Source: Alphaproteobacteria bacterium
GTDB taxonomy: Bacteria > Pseudomonadota > Alphaproteobacteria > MPNO01
Assembly (NCBI GenBank): GCA_964291675.2
Contig: OZ219865.1
Location: 864,001-928,000 of the forward strand
Length of the DNA stretch: 64,000 nucleotides
Direction of reading: 5' to 3'
In this document: in pieces, positions 1-9,964 of the stretch
Position numbering within the stretch: position 1 is the stretch's first letter
Layout: the number at the start of each line of letters is the position of its first letter
The notes under the pieces: generated by a model
What the model was told of the DNA's origin: nothing
Databases searched by the model: none
The model's input: the letters and a program-made list of their open reading frames with translations, nothing else
Program-made: the position numbers and the translations under genes

Positions 1-443
1 AGGCCGCAAAACGCCTCCGATCCCATCATGCCCGGCGCGAAGCGCGAGCCCTCCTCGTTGAGCCAGGCCACCGCCTCGATCGGCCGCGCGGTCTCGATCC
101 CGGCAGCGTCCAGCGCCTGCAACGCCTCCAGCGCGGCGAGCACCCCGTAGGCGCCGTCGAACTTGCCGCCGGTCGGCTGGCTGTCGATATGCGATCCGGT
201 CAGCACCGGGGCGAGGGTCGGGTCGGTGCCCTCGCGCCGGACGAACAGGTTGGAGATGCCGTCGACCGTTACAAGGTAGCCGAGCTCCCCCGCCCATTCG
301 GCGAGCAGGGCGCGGGCGCGCGCCTCCTCGGCGCTCAGCGCCTGGCGGTTGACCCCGCCCTTCTCGGTCGCGCCGATCCGGGCCAGCGCCATGTGGCGCT
401 GCCAGAGCCGCTCCTCGTCGACCGCGGCGGCGGCTGCGCTCAC
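1..443 (-). CDS. Zn-dependent amidohydrolase, M20 family (allantoate amidohydrolase / N-carbamoylase-like); 5' part only, runs off window start
   Basis: Reverse-strand translation gives RLWQRHMALARIGATEKGGVNRQALS...LTGSHIDSQPTGGKFDGAYGVLAALE; GTG start at 443 overlaps the stop of the upstream gene (GTGA). Confidence 0.85.
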   Translation of the reverse strand, partial: MSAAAAAVDEERLWQRHMALARIGATEKGGVNRQALSAEEARARALLAEWAGELGYLVTVDGISNLFVRREGTDPTLAPVLTGSHIDSQPTGGKFDGAYGVLAALEALQALDAAGIETARPIEAVAWLNEEGSRFAPGMMGSEAFCG

Positions 444-1336
444 CCGCCGGGCTCCGCGTCGTGGAAGCCGGACAGCAGCGCCGAGGCGCCCTGCGCGAAG
501 GGGCGTGCGGTCCAGCGCCCGGCCTCGACGGTGGCGAAGAAATCGGCGAGCGCCTGGTTGAACAGCGCCGGCTCCTCCAGGTTCACCGCATGCCCGGTCT
601 TGGGCAGGATCAGCAGCGCCGCCGTCGGTATGGTGCGCTTGAGGTAGATCCCGGGCTCCAGGCACCAGTCGTCCTCGTCGCCGGCGACCACCAGCGCCGG
701 CACCGACATCTCCGCGAGCCCGTCCAGGCGCCACAGCGAGGGGCGGTGCTTCTGCACCCCCCGCATGGTGCGCGCCGAGCCTGCGGTGGAGTGCTCGGCG
801 AGCTGGTCGCGGAACTCGGCCCAGCCGCGCGGGTCCTTCTCCTTCAGCTGCAGGCGGTAGGCGCCGCTGGCGTAGATCTCCGCCACCTCGGCGGCGCCGC
901 GCGTCTCGTACTCGACCGCGATGGCCTCCGAATCGAGGGCGTATTGCGCGCTCTCCTCGGGCTTGGCGCCATAGCCGCAGGCGCCGACCACGATGGAGCG
1001 CGCCATGTCGGCATAGCGCAGCCCGAAATGGAGCGCCGCGAACCCGCCCATCGACATGCCGACGACATGCGCGCGCCCGATGCCGGCGCCCCGCATCACG
1101 GCGGCGATGTCGTCGGTCGCGATATCCTGCGAGTAGAGCGCCTGGTCGTCCGGCACCTCGGACGGCGGGTAGCCGCGCGCGTTGAAGGCGATGCAGCGGT
1201 AGCGGCGCGAGAAGTGTCGGACCTGCGGCTCCCAGCTTCGGCAGTCGCCGGCGAATTCGTGGACGAAGACGATGGCATCGCCCGCGCCCGCCTCCTCGTA
1301 GTAGAGCCTCGCCCCGTCGGCCTGGGCGAACGGCAT
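440..1336 (-). CDS. alpha/beta fold hydrolase
   Basis: VFVHEFAGD oxyanion region, GMSMGG nucleophile elbow, TGHAVNLEEP catalytic His. Confidence 0.9.
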   Translation of the reverse strand: MPFAQADGARLYYEEAGAGDAIVFVHEFAGDCRSWEPQVRHFSRRYRCIAFNARGYPPSEVPDDQALYSQDIATDDIAAVMRGAGIGRAHVVGMSMGGFAALHFGLRYADMARSIVVGACGYGAKPEESAQYALDSEAIAVEYETRGAAEVAEIYASGAYRLQLKEKDPRGWAEFRDQLAEHSTAGSARTMRGVQKHRPSLWRLDGLAEMSVPALVVAGDEDDWCLEPGIYLKRTIPTAALLILPKTGHAVNLEEPALFNQALADFFATVEAGRWTARPFAQGASALLSGFHDAEPGG

Positions 1337-1378
1337 CGGCGCCTCCCTTCAGTTCACCATGGAACGCACGCGGCCAGC

Positions 1379-1492
1379 CGTCCTTCGATACGCGGCTTCG
1401 CCGCTACTCAGGATGAGGGTGGGGCGTGGGGCAGCCCCGATCACCCGCCCTCATCCTGAGTAGCCCGCCGGAGGCGGGCGTATCGAAGGACG
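1379..1492. repeat. Inverted pair of REP-like palindromic units (family 1: CTCATCCTGAGTAGC-hairpin-GCGTATCGAAGGACG)
   Basis: Reverse copy 1379-1419 and forward copy 1448-1492; same unit recurs near 5201, 7069 and 29027. Confidence 0.85.
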
Positions 1493-1526
1493 GCCGCGCG
1501 GCACTCCCATCCATAACGGATACTCC

Positions 1527-2525
1527 CTACCGCTCGGCACCGGTCGTGGTCCGGGTGAGCTTGGCGCGGCGGTACTGCCAGGCGACCACCGGTTCGTGCT
1601 TCGGCGGCTCGCCCGGGACGCGGCAGCTCTCGATGCATTCGATCACCGCGTCGTAGTTGGGCTGGACGAAGAAGGCGACCGACTGGCGCCTGGCGCCGCC
1701 GGAGGCATCGGCCGGCGGGTTGACCACGCGGTGGAAGTTGGAAAGCCAGCGGTCGTTGGTCCAGGTCATCAGCAGATCGCCGATATTGACCACATAGGAG
1801 CCGGGCGGCGGCGACACGTCGACCCAGCGCCCCGAAAGGTCGCGCACCTGGAGTCCGCCGGGGGCGTCGTCGACCATGAGCAGCGTATGCGAGCCGAAAT
1901 CGGTGTGCGCGCCGCAGCGCAGCTGTCCAGGCACCGGCGGGGCGTCCTGCTCGGGATAGTCGATGGCACGCAATATCGAGGCGTGGCGGTCGAAATGGCG
2001 TTGCAGGAATCCCTCTTCCAGCCCGAGGGCGCATTCGAAGATCGCGAGCAGCAGCGCGTTCAGCCCTTCGAGCGCGGCGTAATACTCGCGCGCGGTCTCG
2101 GCCAGCCCCTCCACCTCGGTGGGCAGGATGTTGGGCTCGTAGGCGTAGGCCGCCTCGGGATCGCTGAAATAGGGATCGTCGTCAGGCACGTCGAAGCGGC
2201 CGAAGCCGAAGGTCTCGCGCCAGTCCGGCGGCGAGGCCCCGCCGGCCGAGGCGGCGACGAAATCCCGTCCGTAAGGCAGATAGCCCCGGTTCTTGCTGTT
2301 GGCCGTGGCGCCGTATTTCGCCTTCGCGTCCCCTGGCAGGTCGAAGAAGGCGGCGAGCCGCGCCTGGGTCCGCCGCATGAGGTCTTCGGGAACGCCGTGC
2401 CCGGTGACGGCGAAGAAGCCGATGGTCTCCACCGCCCGGGCCACCGCGCCGGCGATGTCCCGCCGTTCGGCTTCGCCGCCGCGGGCGAAGCCGGAAATGT
2501 CGATCCGCGGGACGCCGACGCCCAT
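1527..2525 (-). CDS. Isopenicillin N synthase family 2OG-Fe(II) oxygenase
   Basis: C-terminal part of track ORF 1527..3353; real start MGVGVPRIDISGF; GFFAVTGHG, HTD...H facial triad, RQSVAFF. Confidence 0.9.
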   Translation of the reverse strand: MGVGVPRIDISGFARGGEAERRDIAGAVARAVETIGFFAVTGHGVPEDLMRRTQARLAAFFDLPGDAKAKYGATANSKNRGYLPYGRDFVAASAGGASPPDWRETFGFGRFDVPDDDPYFSDPEAAYAYEPNILPTEVEGLAETAREYYAALEGLNALLLAIFECALGLEEGFLQRHFDRHASILRAIDYPEQDAPPVPGQLRCGAHTDFGSHTLLMVDDAPGGLQVRDLSGRWVDVSPPPGSYVVNIGDLLMTWTNDRWLSNFHRVVNPPADASGGARRQSVAFFVQPNYDAVIECIESCRVPGEPPKHEPVVAWQYRRAKLTRTTTGAER

Positions 2526-2536
2526 CCCCCCTCCCC

Positions 2537-3676
2537 TCAATAGAGCGCGCGCCCGCTGCGCCCGCGGTCGATCGCGGCGGCGGTAAGCCCGGGCAGCAGC
2601 GCGCAGAACCTGGCCGCATCCTCCTGCTGCACGGTGGTCGACACCTTGACGAAGCGGTCGGCGAACAGCTTCGACTGGTAGGCCGCCTGGCGGATCATGA
2701 TGCCCTGTTCGAGATACAGCTCGCAGAGCGTCTCCGGCGCGATCCCCGCGGCGCTCACGTCGATCGCCACGAAATTCCCGTTCGACGGGTAGACCGGCAT
2801 GTCGAGCCCGTTGATCGGCCGCACCGCCTCGTAAATCGCGTGCTGGTTGGCGCGCTGGATGCGGTTGACCTCGGGGAACCATTCGTCCCGGGTCCGCAGC
2901 CCGGCGATCGCGCCCCGCTGCGAGACCAAATTGGAGCCGAGGCTGTTGGGCTGGCCGTCGGACAGCATCTCGATTACCGACGGGCGGGCCATCAGGCCGC
3001 CCACCCGGAGCCCGGCGAGGCCGAGCCACTTGGAGAAGCTGTAGGTGGTGACGGTCTTCTCCGGGTAGTGGCGCCAGGCGAGCGTGTGGTCGTGCGCGAA
3101 ATGGCGGTAGGTGCAGTCGTGGATCAGCCAGGCCCCGGCCTCGCGCGCGATATTGGCGAAGGCCGCGATCTCGTCCGCCGAATAGCCGATTCCGAGCGGG
3201 TTGAGCGGATCGATCAGGTAGATCAGCCCGGCCCCGCCGGCCGCCACCGCCTCGGCAAGCTGGCCGGGCGTCAGCCTGAAACCCTGCTCGGCGCGGTAGA
3301 TGGGGAGCGCCACCACCTCGGCGCCCGACAGCCGGGAGAAGGCTTCCGGCCAAGGCCAGCCGGGGTCGGTCGCGATCATCCGCTGGCCGGGGCGCAGCAC
3401 GTGGCGGCAGGCATGGTACAGCCCCTCGACCGCGCCGTCGGTGATCAGCACGTCGGCATCCTCGACCGCGAAATCTTCCAGGATCAGCCGGCGCAGCTCC
3501 TCCAGCCCGGTCGGCGGCGCGTAGGCGTGGTAGTCCTCATGCTCGATCGCTTCGATCATCGCGCGCTTGACCGCGGGGTGGGTGGGCAGGTGGTTGGTGT
3601 TCTGCCCCATCCAGACCGTCCCGCGCCGTTGCGCGAGCGCCTCGAAATGCCGGTTCCGCTCCTGGTAAGGTTGCAT
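2537..3676 (-). CDS. PLP-dependent aminotransferase, class I/II
   Basis: DPLNPLG, HDCTY, SFSKWLGLAGLRVG (PLP lysine motif); start taken at MQPYQERN. Confidence 0.85.
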   Translation of the reverse strand: MQPYQERNRHFEALAQRRGTVWMGQNTNHLPTHPAVKRAMIEAIEHEDYHAYAPPTGLEELRRLILEDFAVEDADVLITDGAVEGLYHACRHVLRPGQRMIATDPGWPWPEAFSRLSGAEVVALPIYRAEQGFRLTPGQLAEAVAAGGAGLIYLIDPLNPLGIGYSADEIAAFANIAREAGAWLIHDCTYRHFAHDHTLAWRHYPEKTVTTYSFSKWLGLAGLRVGGLMARPSVIEMLSDGQPNSLGSNLVSQRGAIAGLRTRDEWFPEVNRIQRANQHAIYEAVRPINGLDMPVYPSNGNFVAIDVSAAGIAPETLCELYLEQGIMIRQAAYQSKLFADRFVKVSTTVQQEDAARFCALLPGLTAAAIDRGRSGRALY

Positions 3677-3768
3677 CGCGCAAGTGTAGAGCATAAGCGC
3701 CCGCGCCGCTGGAAAACGGAGGCGTCCCGGCGCTACCATGCGCATCGTCCAGAGCGCCGGGGGAGGAG

Positions 3769-4779
3769 ATGGCCGAGCACCCCGTACCCACCATCGACAT
3801 CGCGCCCTTCGTCGAGGGCGGCGAGGCGGGGCGCGACGCGGTGGCCCGCGCCGTCGGGCGCGCCTGCGAGGAGACCGGCTTCTTCGCGATCGTCGGCCAC
3901 GGCGTGGCGGAGGAGGAGATCGAGGCGCTGCGCGCCGAGGCCGTCCGTTTCTTCGCCCTGCCGGAAGAGCGCAAACGCCTCGTCGAGCGCCCGGCCGACC
4001 GCATCAGCCGGGGCTGGAATTCGCTCTGCGACCGCTCGCTCGCCTATTCGCTCGGCAAGGAGACCCCGCCCGATTTGCAGGAGAGCTTCGCCATGGGGCC
4101 GGTCGCGGTGCCGGACGAGCCCTACTTCACCTGCGAGCGTGCGCGCGCCTTCTTCGCGCCCAATCTCTGGCCGGAGGGGCGGCCCGCATTCCGCCGGGCG
4201 ATGGAGCGCTACTACCGGTCTATGGAGGGGCTCTCGCAGACGGTGATGCGCATCTTCGCCCGCGCGCTCGGGCGGGACGACGGCTATTTCGACGGCCGCA
4301 TCGACCGGCACTCGTCGAGCCTCCGCCTGATCCGCTACCCCGGGCGCGTCGACGGCGCGGCGGACGGCCAGCGCCGGGCGGGCGAACATCACGACTACGG
4401 ATCGCTCACCATCTTGCGCGGCGACAACCTGCCGGGCGGGCTCCAGGTCAAGCTGCGCCATGGCGGGTGGATCAACGTGGTCAGGCCCAACGGCGGGTTC
4501 ATCTGCAATATCGGCGACGCGATGATGCGCTGGACCAACGACCGCTGGGTGTCGACGCTGCACCGCGTCGGCCTGCCGGAAGGGCCGGACAGCCCCGACC
4601 GGATCTCGCTCGTGTTCTTCCACAACCCCAACTACGACGCCGAGATCCGCTGCATCGCGGCCGACGGCGAGGCGGCGCGCTACCCGCCGTCGGCTTTCGA
4701 TTCCTTCTATGTCGACAAGCTCAGGCGCGGCTCGTTCGGCGCCGCCATGCCGGCGGGGCTTGCAACGCGGGCCGACTGA
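3769..4779 (+). CDS. Isopenicillin N synthase family 2OG-Fe(II) oxygenase
   Basis: VPTIDIAPF, GFFAIVGHG, HHDYGSLT, STLHRV, RISLVFF; GGAGGAG RBS. Confidence 0.9.
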   Translation: MAEHPVPTIDIAPFVEGGEAGRDAVARAVGRACEETGFFAIVGHGVAEEEIEALRAEAVRFFALPEERKRLVERPADRISRGWNSLCDRSLAYSLGKETPPDLQESFAMGPVAVPDEPYFTCERARAFFAPNLWPEGRPAFRRAMERYYRSMEGLSQTVMRIFARALGRDDGYFDGRIDRHSSSLRLIRYPGRVDGAADGQRRAGEHHDYGSLTILRGDNLPGGLQVKLRHGGWINVVRPNGGFICNIGDAMMRWTNDRWVSTLHRVGLPEGPDSPDRISLVFFHNPNYDAEIRCIAADGEAARYPPSAFDSFYVDKLRRGSFGAAMPAGLATRAD

Positions 4780-4933
4780 TGCCAAGAAAGCGCCGGATGG
4801 CGCAAAATACCAAGACGTATCTTGTTAGGCTCTAACCGCGTCTTATCAAGCTGCTCCTGGACTTGACCATCTCGATAACGTCCGCCGCGGGCGAGCGTCC
4901 GGGCGGATCGGCGACAACGCGAAAGGAGTAGCG

Positions 4934-5143
4934 ATGCCTACCGGTACGGTGAAATGGTTCAACGCGACGAAGGGCTACGGCTTTATTCAGCCGAGCGACG
5001 GGTCGAAGGACGCCTTCGTGCATATCTCCGCGGTCGAGCGGGCGGGCCTCAACGGCCTTCGCGAAGGCCAGAAGATCGAGTACGAACTCGTCCCGGGCCG
5101 CGACGGCCGGACGTCCGCGGAGAACCTCGTCGCCCTCGACTGA
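4934..5143 (+). CDS. cspA: Cold-shock protein
   Basis: GTVKWFNATKGYGFIQP and DAFVHISAVE RNP motifs; AAGGAG RBS. Confidence 0.95.
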   Translation: MPTGTVKWFNATKGYGFIQPSDGSKDAFVHISAVERAGLNGLREGQKIEYELVPGRDGRTSAENLVALD

Positions 5144-5200
5144 CCGGCCGGGGCGGGTGCCCCGCGCACCCGTCTCACGGCTTCCTTCCCTCCTTGACCG

Positions 5201-5291
5201 ATCCCTCGATGCGGCGTCTCGCGCCTGCTCGGGATGAAGAGAAGAACACAACCTCATCCTGAGTAGCGGCGAAGCCGCGTATCGAAGGACG
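5201..5291. repeat. Inverted pair of family-1 REP-like units between convergent genes
   Basis: TCCCTCGATGCGG...GCTCGGGATGAAG followed by CTCATCCTGAGTAGCGGCGAAGCCGCGTATCGAAGGACG. Confidence 0.8.
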
Positions 5292-5296
5292 GCGCC

Positions 5297-6532
5297 TCAC
5301 GCCGCGCGCATCGTCTCCGGCGGGCAGACGTCGCGCAGCAGGCGGCGGTCGGGGACGATCTCCCTGCCCTCGCGGAACACCGTCTCCGGCACCAGCCGGC
5401 GCTCGACCGCGAGCTCCTCGCCCGTCGAATCGGCGAGCGTCCAGCGCCCTTCCGCCAGATCCAGCACCGTGATGTCGGCCCGGCTGCCGGGCGCCAGCGT
5501 GCCGATCTCGCCGGCCTCGCCCAGGATCAGGGCCGGGTTGAGCGTCGCCCGCGTCACCACGTCGGCGAGATCCATGCCGAGCGCCCACAGCTTCGACATC
5601 GCGCCGCACAGGCTGTAGTCGAGCTTCGAATCGTCGTGATAGGCGTGGAAGTCGGAATGCACGTCGCTGGAGATCGTGTTGGGCAGCACGCCTTCGGCCA
5701 TCATCCGGCGCGCGATGTCGAAGGAGAAATTGACCCCGTGGCCGATATCGAAGTGGATGCCGCGCTCCAGCGCCTCGTGGACCGCGCGCGGCACATCGTC
5801 GCCCTCCCCCATGATCCCGTCGGGCATGGTTGAGTAAACATGGGCGAGCGTGGTCCCGGGGTTCAGCACCGGCACGACCTCGGCGAGCACGCTTGCCGGG
5901 TCGGGTCGCCTCGCCTCGTCGACCGGGAACAGCTCGCCGGTGTGAACGTAGAGCGGCAGCCCGGTCGCCGCCCCGGCCTCGACCGCCATTCTCAGCACCT
6001 CCAGCCCCCAATGGGAGAGCCCGCCCGATTCGCCGTGGCTCTTGATGCCCTTGACCAGGTTCGGCCAGGCGGCGGCCGCCTCGGCGATGGCCTCGATGCG
6101 CATCATGCCGGGGTTGTGCAGCGTGGTCCCCTCCATGCCGCCCTTGAGCGCGCCGGCGAGGTTGGCGGAGACGAAGGCGCGCACGTCGGTCTCGGCCGGG
6201 CGCGCGACATAGGCGTCGAACCCGCCGATCGTCCAGGCCCCGGCGCTCCCCTGGTCGACGATCGTGGTGGCGCCCGAATGCACCCCCGCCTCGTCCGGGT
6301 GCAGGCCGAAATTGGTCACCCATTCGTAGACATGGACGTGCAGGTCGATCAGCCCGGGACAGACCAGCTTGCCGCGCGCGTCGAAATGCCGCGCCGCGCG
6401 GTGCGGCGGAAGCGCGGGCGCGAACGCCGCGATCCGCCCGTCGCTGACGGCGATCTCGGCGGGTCCGCGGAAGCCGCTGCCGGGATCGACCGCATCGTCG
6501 CAGGCGATGACGAGGTCGTAGGCCTCCGCCAT
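5297..6532 (-). CDS. Amidohydrolase / deacetylase (dihydroorotase-like) metallohydrolase
   Basis: PGLIDLHVH metal motif, GATTIVDQGSAG, FDIGHG, TISSDVH, NPA. Confidence 0.88.
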   Translation of the reverse strand: MAEAYDLVIACDDAVDPGSGFRGPAEIAVSDGRIAAFAPALPPHRAARHFDARGKLVCPGLIDLHVHVYEWVTNFGLHPDEAGVHSGATTIVDQGSAGAWTIGGFDAYVARPAETDVRAFVSANLAGALKGGMEGTTLHNPGMMRIEAIAEAAAAWPNLVKGIKSHGESGGLSHWGLEVLRMAVEAGAATGLPLYVHTGELFPVDEARRPDPASVLAEVVPVLNPGTTLAHVYSTMPDGIMGEGDDVPRAVHEALERGIHFDIGHGVNFSFDIARRMMAEGVLPNTISSDVHSDFHAYHDDSKLDYSLCGAMSKLWALGMDLADVVTRATLNPALILGEAGEIGTLAPGSRADITVLDLAEGRWTLADSTGEELAVERRLVPETVFREGREIVPDRRLLRDVCPPETMRAA

Positions 6533-6537
6533 CGCCC

Positions 6538-6972
6538 CTACTCCGCGGCTTCCGCCGTCGGCGCCGGCTCCGCGGCGGGCACGACCTCCTTGACCGCGCC
6601 CTTCCAGCCGTTCTCGGTGAGGTCGAAGATCTGGCCCAGAGGGTCGCGGTACTTGACCTCGTAGAAGGTGTTCGGGTTGCCGGTCGGCTCGCCCATCACA
6701 TGGGTGGCGCCCGCCGCCTCGACCTTGCGGCGCGCCTCGTCGATGTCGTCGACCCAGATGCCGAAATGCTCGATTCCGTAGAACGGCTCCTCGCCCTCGT
6801 AGCCGAGCGGGCGGCCTTCGCGGGCGAGCAGGGCGACGTTGATCGTGCCGTCCGACATGTAGACGCCCGAGCCGGCCTTGCCGACCGCCGTCATGTCGAA
6901 GGCCTCTTCGAAGAATTTCTGTGCGACCTCCAGATCGGCGACCGAGATCGCGATATGCCGCAGCTTGGCCAT
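6538..6972 (-). CDS. VOC (glyoxalase) family protein
   Basis: KLRHIAISVADLE...HFGIWVDD...EVKYRDPLGQIFDL. Confidence 0.88.
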   Translation of the reverse strand: MAKLRHIAISVADLEVAQKFFEEAFDMTAVGKAGSGVYMSDGTINVALLAREGRPLGYEGEEPFYGIEHFGIWVDDIDEARRKVEAAGATHVMGEPTGNPNTFYEVKYRDPLGQIFDLTENGWKGAVKEVVPAAEPAPTAEAAE

Positions 6973-7068
6973 GAGACTCCTCCCGTTGGGCCGGGCGATG
7001 CTCTCAGCCGCAAGCGGGGGTGTCAACGATTCGTGGAACGCGGGCCGCGCCGCTATGCCGCCGTCTGG

Positions 7069-7160
7069 CGTCCCTCGATACAGCGCTGGCGCGCCTGCTC
7101 GGGACGAGGGCGGTTTGCTGTTGCCCGCTCACCCCTCATCCTGAGTAGCCCGCCGGGCTG
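7069..7160. repeat. Inverted pair of family-1 REP-like units (second partial)
   Basis: CGTCCCTCGATAC...GCTCGGGACGAGGG and CCCTCATCCTGAGTAGCCCGCC. Confidence 0.7.
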
Positions 7161-7228
7161 CGGCGCCGGGCCCGGCGTGGTAGAGCAGTGCCGGGGCGGA
7201 CCGCCCCGGGGCATTACGGACGGCAGAT

Positions 7229-8140
7229 TTGACCTTTCCCGGCGGCGCGGCCGCCTTCCATGGCCTTCCGGGCGCGGTACGCGCCGCGTTCTGGTTCGTC
7301 GCGGCCGGTACGCTGTTCCTGCTGATGATGGCGCTGTCGCGGCTGGTGACCGACGAGCTCCACGTGCTGCTGGTCGTGTTCTGGCGCGCCGCGTTCGGCC
7401 TCGTCGCCATGGCGCCCTGGCTCGCCGGGCGCGGCATGGCGGCGATGGCAACGCGCAAGCTCGGCTTCCACGCGCTGCGCACCGCGCTCGGCTATGGCGG
7501 GCTGCTCTGCACCTTCTACGCCGTCACCATGCTGCCGATCGCCGACATCACCGCGATCACCTTCATCCGCCCGGTGGTCGCGACCCTGCTCGCCATCGCC
7601 ATCCTCGGCGAGAAATCGCGCGCCCGGCGCTGGACCGCCATCGCGGTCGGCATCGTCGGCGCGGCCATCGTCATCCGCCCCGGCTTCGCGGAGATCAATC
7701 CGGGCGTGTTCCTGGTGTTCGGGGTGGTGCTGTCGGGGGCGATGCATGCCATCCTCGCGCGCTATATCGTGCGCACCGATTCCCCCGACACCATGGCGAT
7801 GTACATGGTGCTGTTCCTGCTGCTGTTCTCGGCCGGGCCCGCGGTCGCGGTCTGGCAATGGCCGAGCCTCGACCAGCTCCCCTATCTGGTGGCGATCGGC
7901 GTGTTCGGCACCTTCAGCCAGCGCTGCCTCGCCCGCGCCTTCCATGCCGCCGATGCCTCGGTCGTGGTCTCGTTCGACTATCTCCGCCTGCCGATCGCGG
8001 CGGCGATCGGCTTCCTGTTCTTCGCCGAGATCCCGGACATCTGGGTGTGGGCCGGGGCGGGCGTGATCTGCGTCTCTTCGGTGCTGCTCGCGCGGCGCGA
8101 ATCGGCGGCCGAGCGCGCCGGCAGGGGATCGGCGCGGTGA
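7229..8140 (+). CDS. DMT/EamA family transporter
   Basis: About 10 hydrophobic segments; ILGEK..RRW..GAAIVIRPG; SFDYLRLP motif; start uncertain. Confidence 0.88.
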   Translation: MTFPGGAAAFHGLPGAVRAAFWFVAAGTLFLLMMALSRLVTDELHVLLVVFWRAAFGLVAMAPWLAGRGMAAMATRKLGFHALRTALGYGGLLCTFYAVTMLPIADITAITFIRPVVATLLAIAILGEKSRARRWTAIAVGIVGAAIVIRPGFAEINPGVFLVFGVVLSGAMHAILARYIVRTDSPDTMAMYMVLFLLLFSAGPAVAVWQWPSLDQLPYLVAIGVFGTFSQRCLARAFHAADASVVVSFDYLRLPIAAAIGFLFFAEIPDIWVWAGAGVICVSSVLLARRESAAERAGRGSAR

Positions 8141-9021
8141 CCGGGGACGCGTTCCGCCGCATGCCGGGCGCAATGCGGGGCGCGCTCTGGATGCTGCTCG
8201 CCGCCGCCTTCTTCTCGGCGATGACCGCCTGCATCCGCCACCTCGCCGAGACCGGCTTCCACCCGCTGATGACCTCGTTCTGGCGCAGCGTCATCGGCAT
8301 GGCGCTGCTGCTGCCCTTCTTCCTGCGGCAGGGCGTGGCCGGGCTGGCCACGAAGCGGCACGGGCTGTTCCTCGGCCGCGGTCTCGCCTCGGCGGCGGCC
8401 CAGGCGGCGTTCTTCCTCGCGGTCGCCTTCCTGCCGCTGGCGGACGCGGTCTCGCTCACCTTCACCGCGCCGCTGTTCGGCGCGCTGCTTGCCGTCCTGT
8501 TCCTCGGCGAGTCGGTCGGTCTGCGCCGCGCCGCGGTGCTCGCCGCGGGCTTCCTCGGCGTGCTGGTCATCCTCCGGCCGGGCTTCAAGGAGGTCGACTG
8601 GCAGTTCTCGATGCCGCTGGTCGCGGCGCTCGGCATGGCGACGATCTGGATACTGGTGAAGCGGCTGTCGGCGACCGAGCCGACCGAGCGCATCGTGTTC
8701 TACATGATCGCCTACACCGTACCGGTCAGCTTCGCGATGGCGCTGTTCGTCTGGCAGACGCCAACCCTCGAACAGCTCGCATGGCTGGTGGTCACCGCCG
8801 TGGTCGCCAATAGCGGCCAGTTCGCGATGACCAACTCCTACCGCGCGGCCGAGGCCACATCGGTCTTCCCCTTCGACTTCGCGCGTCTCCCGCTGACCGC
8901 GCTGCTCGCCTGGCTCGCCTTCTCCGAGAAGCCGGATTTCTGGACGTGGGCGGGCGCTGCGGTCATCTTCGCCGCCTCGGCGCAGCAGATGCGCGCCGAA
9001 CGGCGGCGCCCCGGTCCATGA
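8137..9021 (+). CDS. DMT/EamA family transporter
   Basis: C-terminal part of track ORF 6700..9021; GTGA overlap with previous gene; FTAPLF, FLGESVG, PFDFARLP. Confidence 0.88.
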   Translation: MTGDAFRRMPGAMRGALWMLLAAAFFSAMTACIRHLAETGFHPLMTSFWRSVIGMALLLPFFLRQGVAGLATKRHGLFLGRGLASAAAQAAFFLAVAFLPLADAVSLTFTAPLFGALLAVLFLGESVGLRRAAVLAAGFLGVLVILRPGFKEVDWQFSMPLVAALGMATIWILVKRLSATEPTERIVFYMIAYTVPVSFAMALFVWQTPTLEQLAWLVVTAVVANSGQFAMTNSYRAAEATSVFPFDFARLPLTALLAWLAFSEKPDFWTWAGAAVIFAASAQQMRAERRRPGP

Positions 9022-9878
9022 TGCTGGAGCGCATCCGCGCCCTGCCGGGCAACGCGCAGGGCGCGGTCTGGATCCTCGTCGGATCGCTGTTCCTGTCGGC
9101 CAACGACGCGGTGGTGAAGACGCTGGGCGCCGATTTCCACCCGATCCAGATGGCGCTGTTCCGCTATGCGATCGGCATGGCGCTGCTCGCCCCCTGGTTC
9201 GTGAAGGCGGGGCGCGAGAGCTGGCGGACCGAGCGCCTCGGCACCCATCTCGCCCGCGCCGTGGTCGCCGGAATCGGCCAGGCCGCGGTCTATTACGGGG
9301 TGATCCACCTCTACCTGGCCGATGCGACCGCGGTCGCCTTCAGCCGTCCCCTGTTCCTGACCCTGCTCGCGGTGCTGATCCTCGGCGAGGTGGTCGGCTG
9401 GCGGCGCTGGGCGGCGACCGCTTTCGGCTTTCTCGGCGTCCTGGTGATGGTGCGCCCGGGCGGCGCGCCGTTCGACATCGCCTGGGCGGTGGCGCTGCTG
9501 GCGGCGGTGCTGTTCGCGCTCGGCATCGTCTTCATCCGCACCCTCGCGACCACCGAGCCGCCGATCCGCATCCTGTTCTACTACCACGTCTTCGGCATCG
9601 CGCTGTTCCTCGGGCCCGCCATCGCGCTCTGGCAGCCGCCGGAGCCGGGACAGCTCGCCCTGCTCGCGCTGATCGGCGCGCTGACCTGCGCCGGGATGGT
9701 CTGCTTCGTGCAGGGTTTCAGCGTCGGCGAGGCGAGCTTCGTCGGGCCGTTCGAGTATCTCCGGCTGATCTACGCCGCGTCGATCGGCTACTACATGTTC
9801 GCCGAGATCCCCTCGGTCTGGACCGGGGTCGGCGCGCTGATGATCATCGCCAGCGCGCTCTACATCGCGCGCCGGTGA
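9018..9878 (+). CDS. DMT/EamA family transporter
   Basis: ATGA overlap; FSRPLF, ILGEVVGWRRW, PFEYLRLI; third tandem paralog. Confidence 0.88.
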   Translation: MMLERIRALPGNAQGAVWILVGSLFLSANDAVVKTLGADFHPIQMALFRYAIGMALLAPWFVKAGRESWRTERLGTHLARAVVAGIGQAAVYYGVIHLYLADATAVAFSRPLFLTLLAVLILGEVVGWRRWAATAFGFLGVLVMVRPGGAPFDIAWAVALLAAVLFALGIVFIRTLATTEPPIRILFYYHVFGIALFLGPAIALWQPPEPGQLALLALIGALTCAGMVCFVQGFSVGEASFVGPFEYLRLIYAASIGYYMFAEIPSVWTGVGALMIIASALYIARR

Positions 9879-9964
9879 GGCCCGCCGGCCACGCCCCGTC
9901 GGCAGCCGTCCCGCGCGGGCCGCCGGTTTCGACCGGGGGCGTTCGCGCCCGCGCCCGGCCGGGT

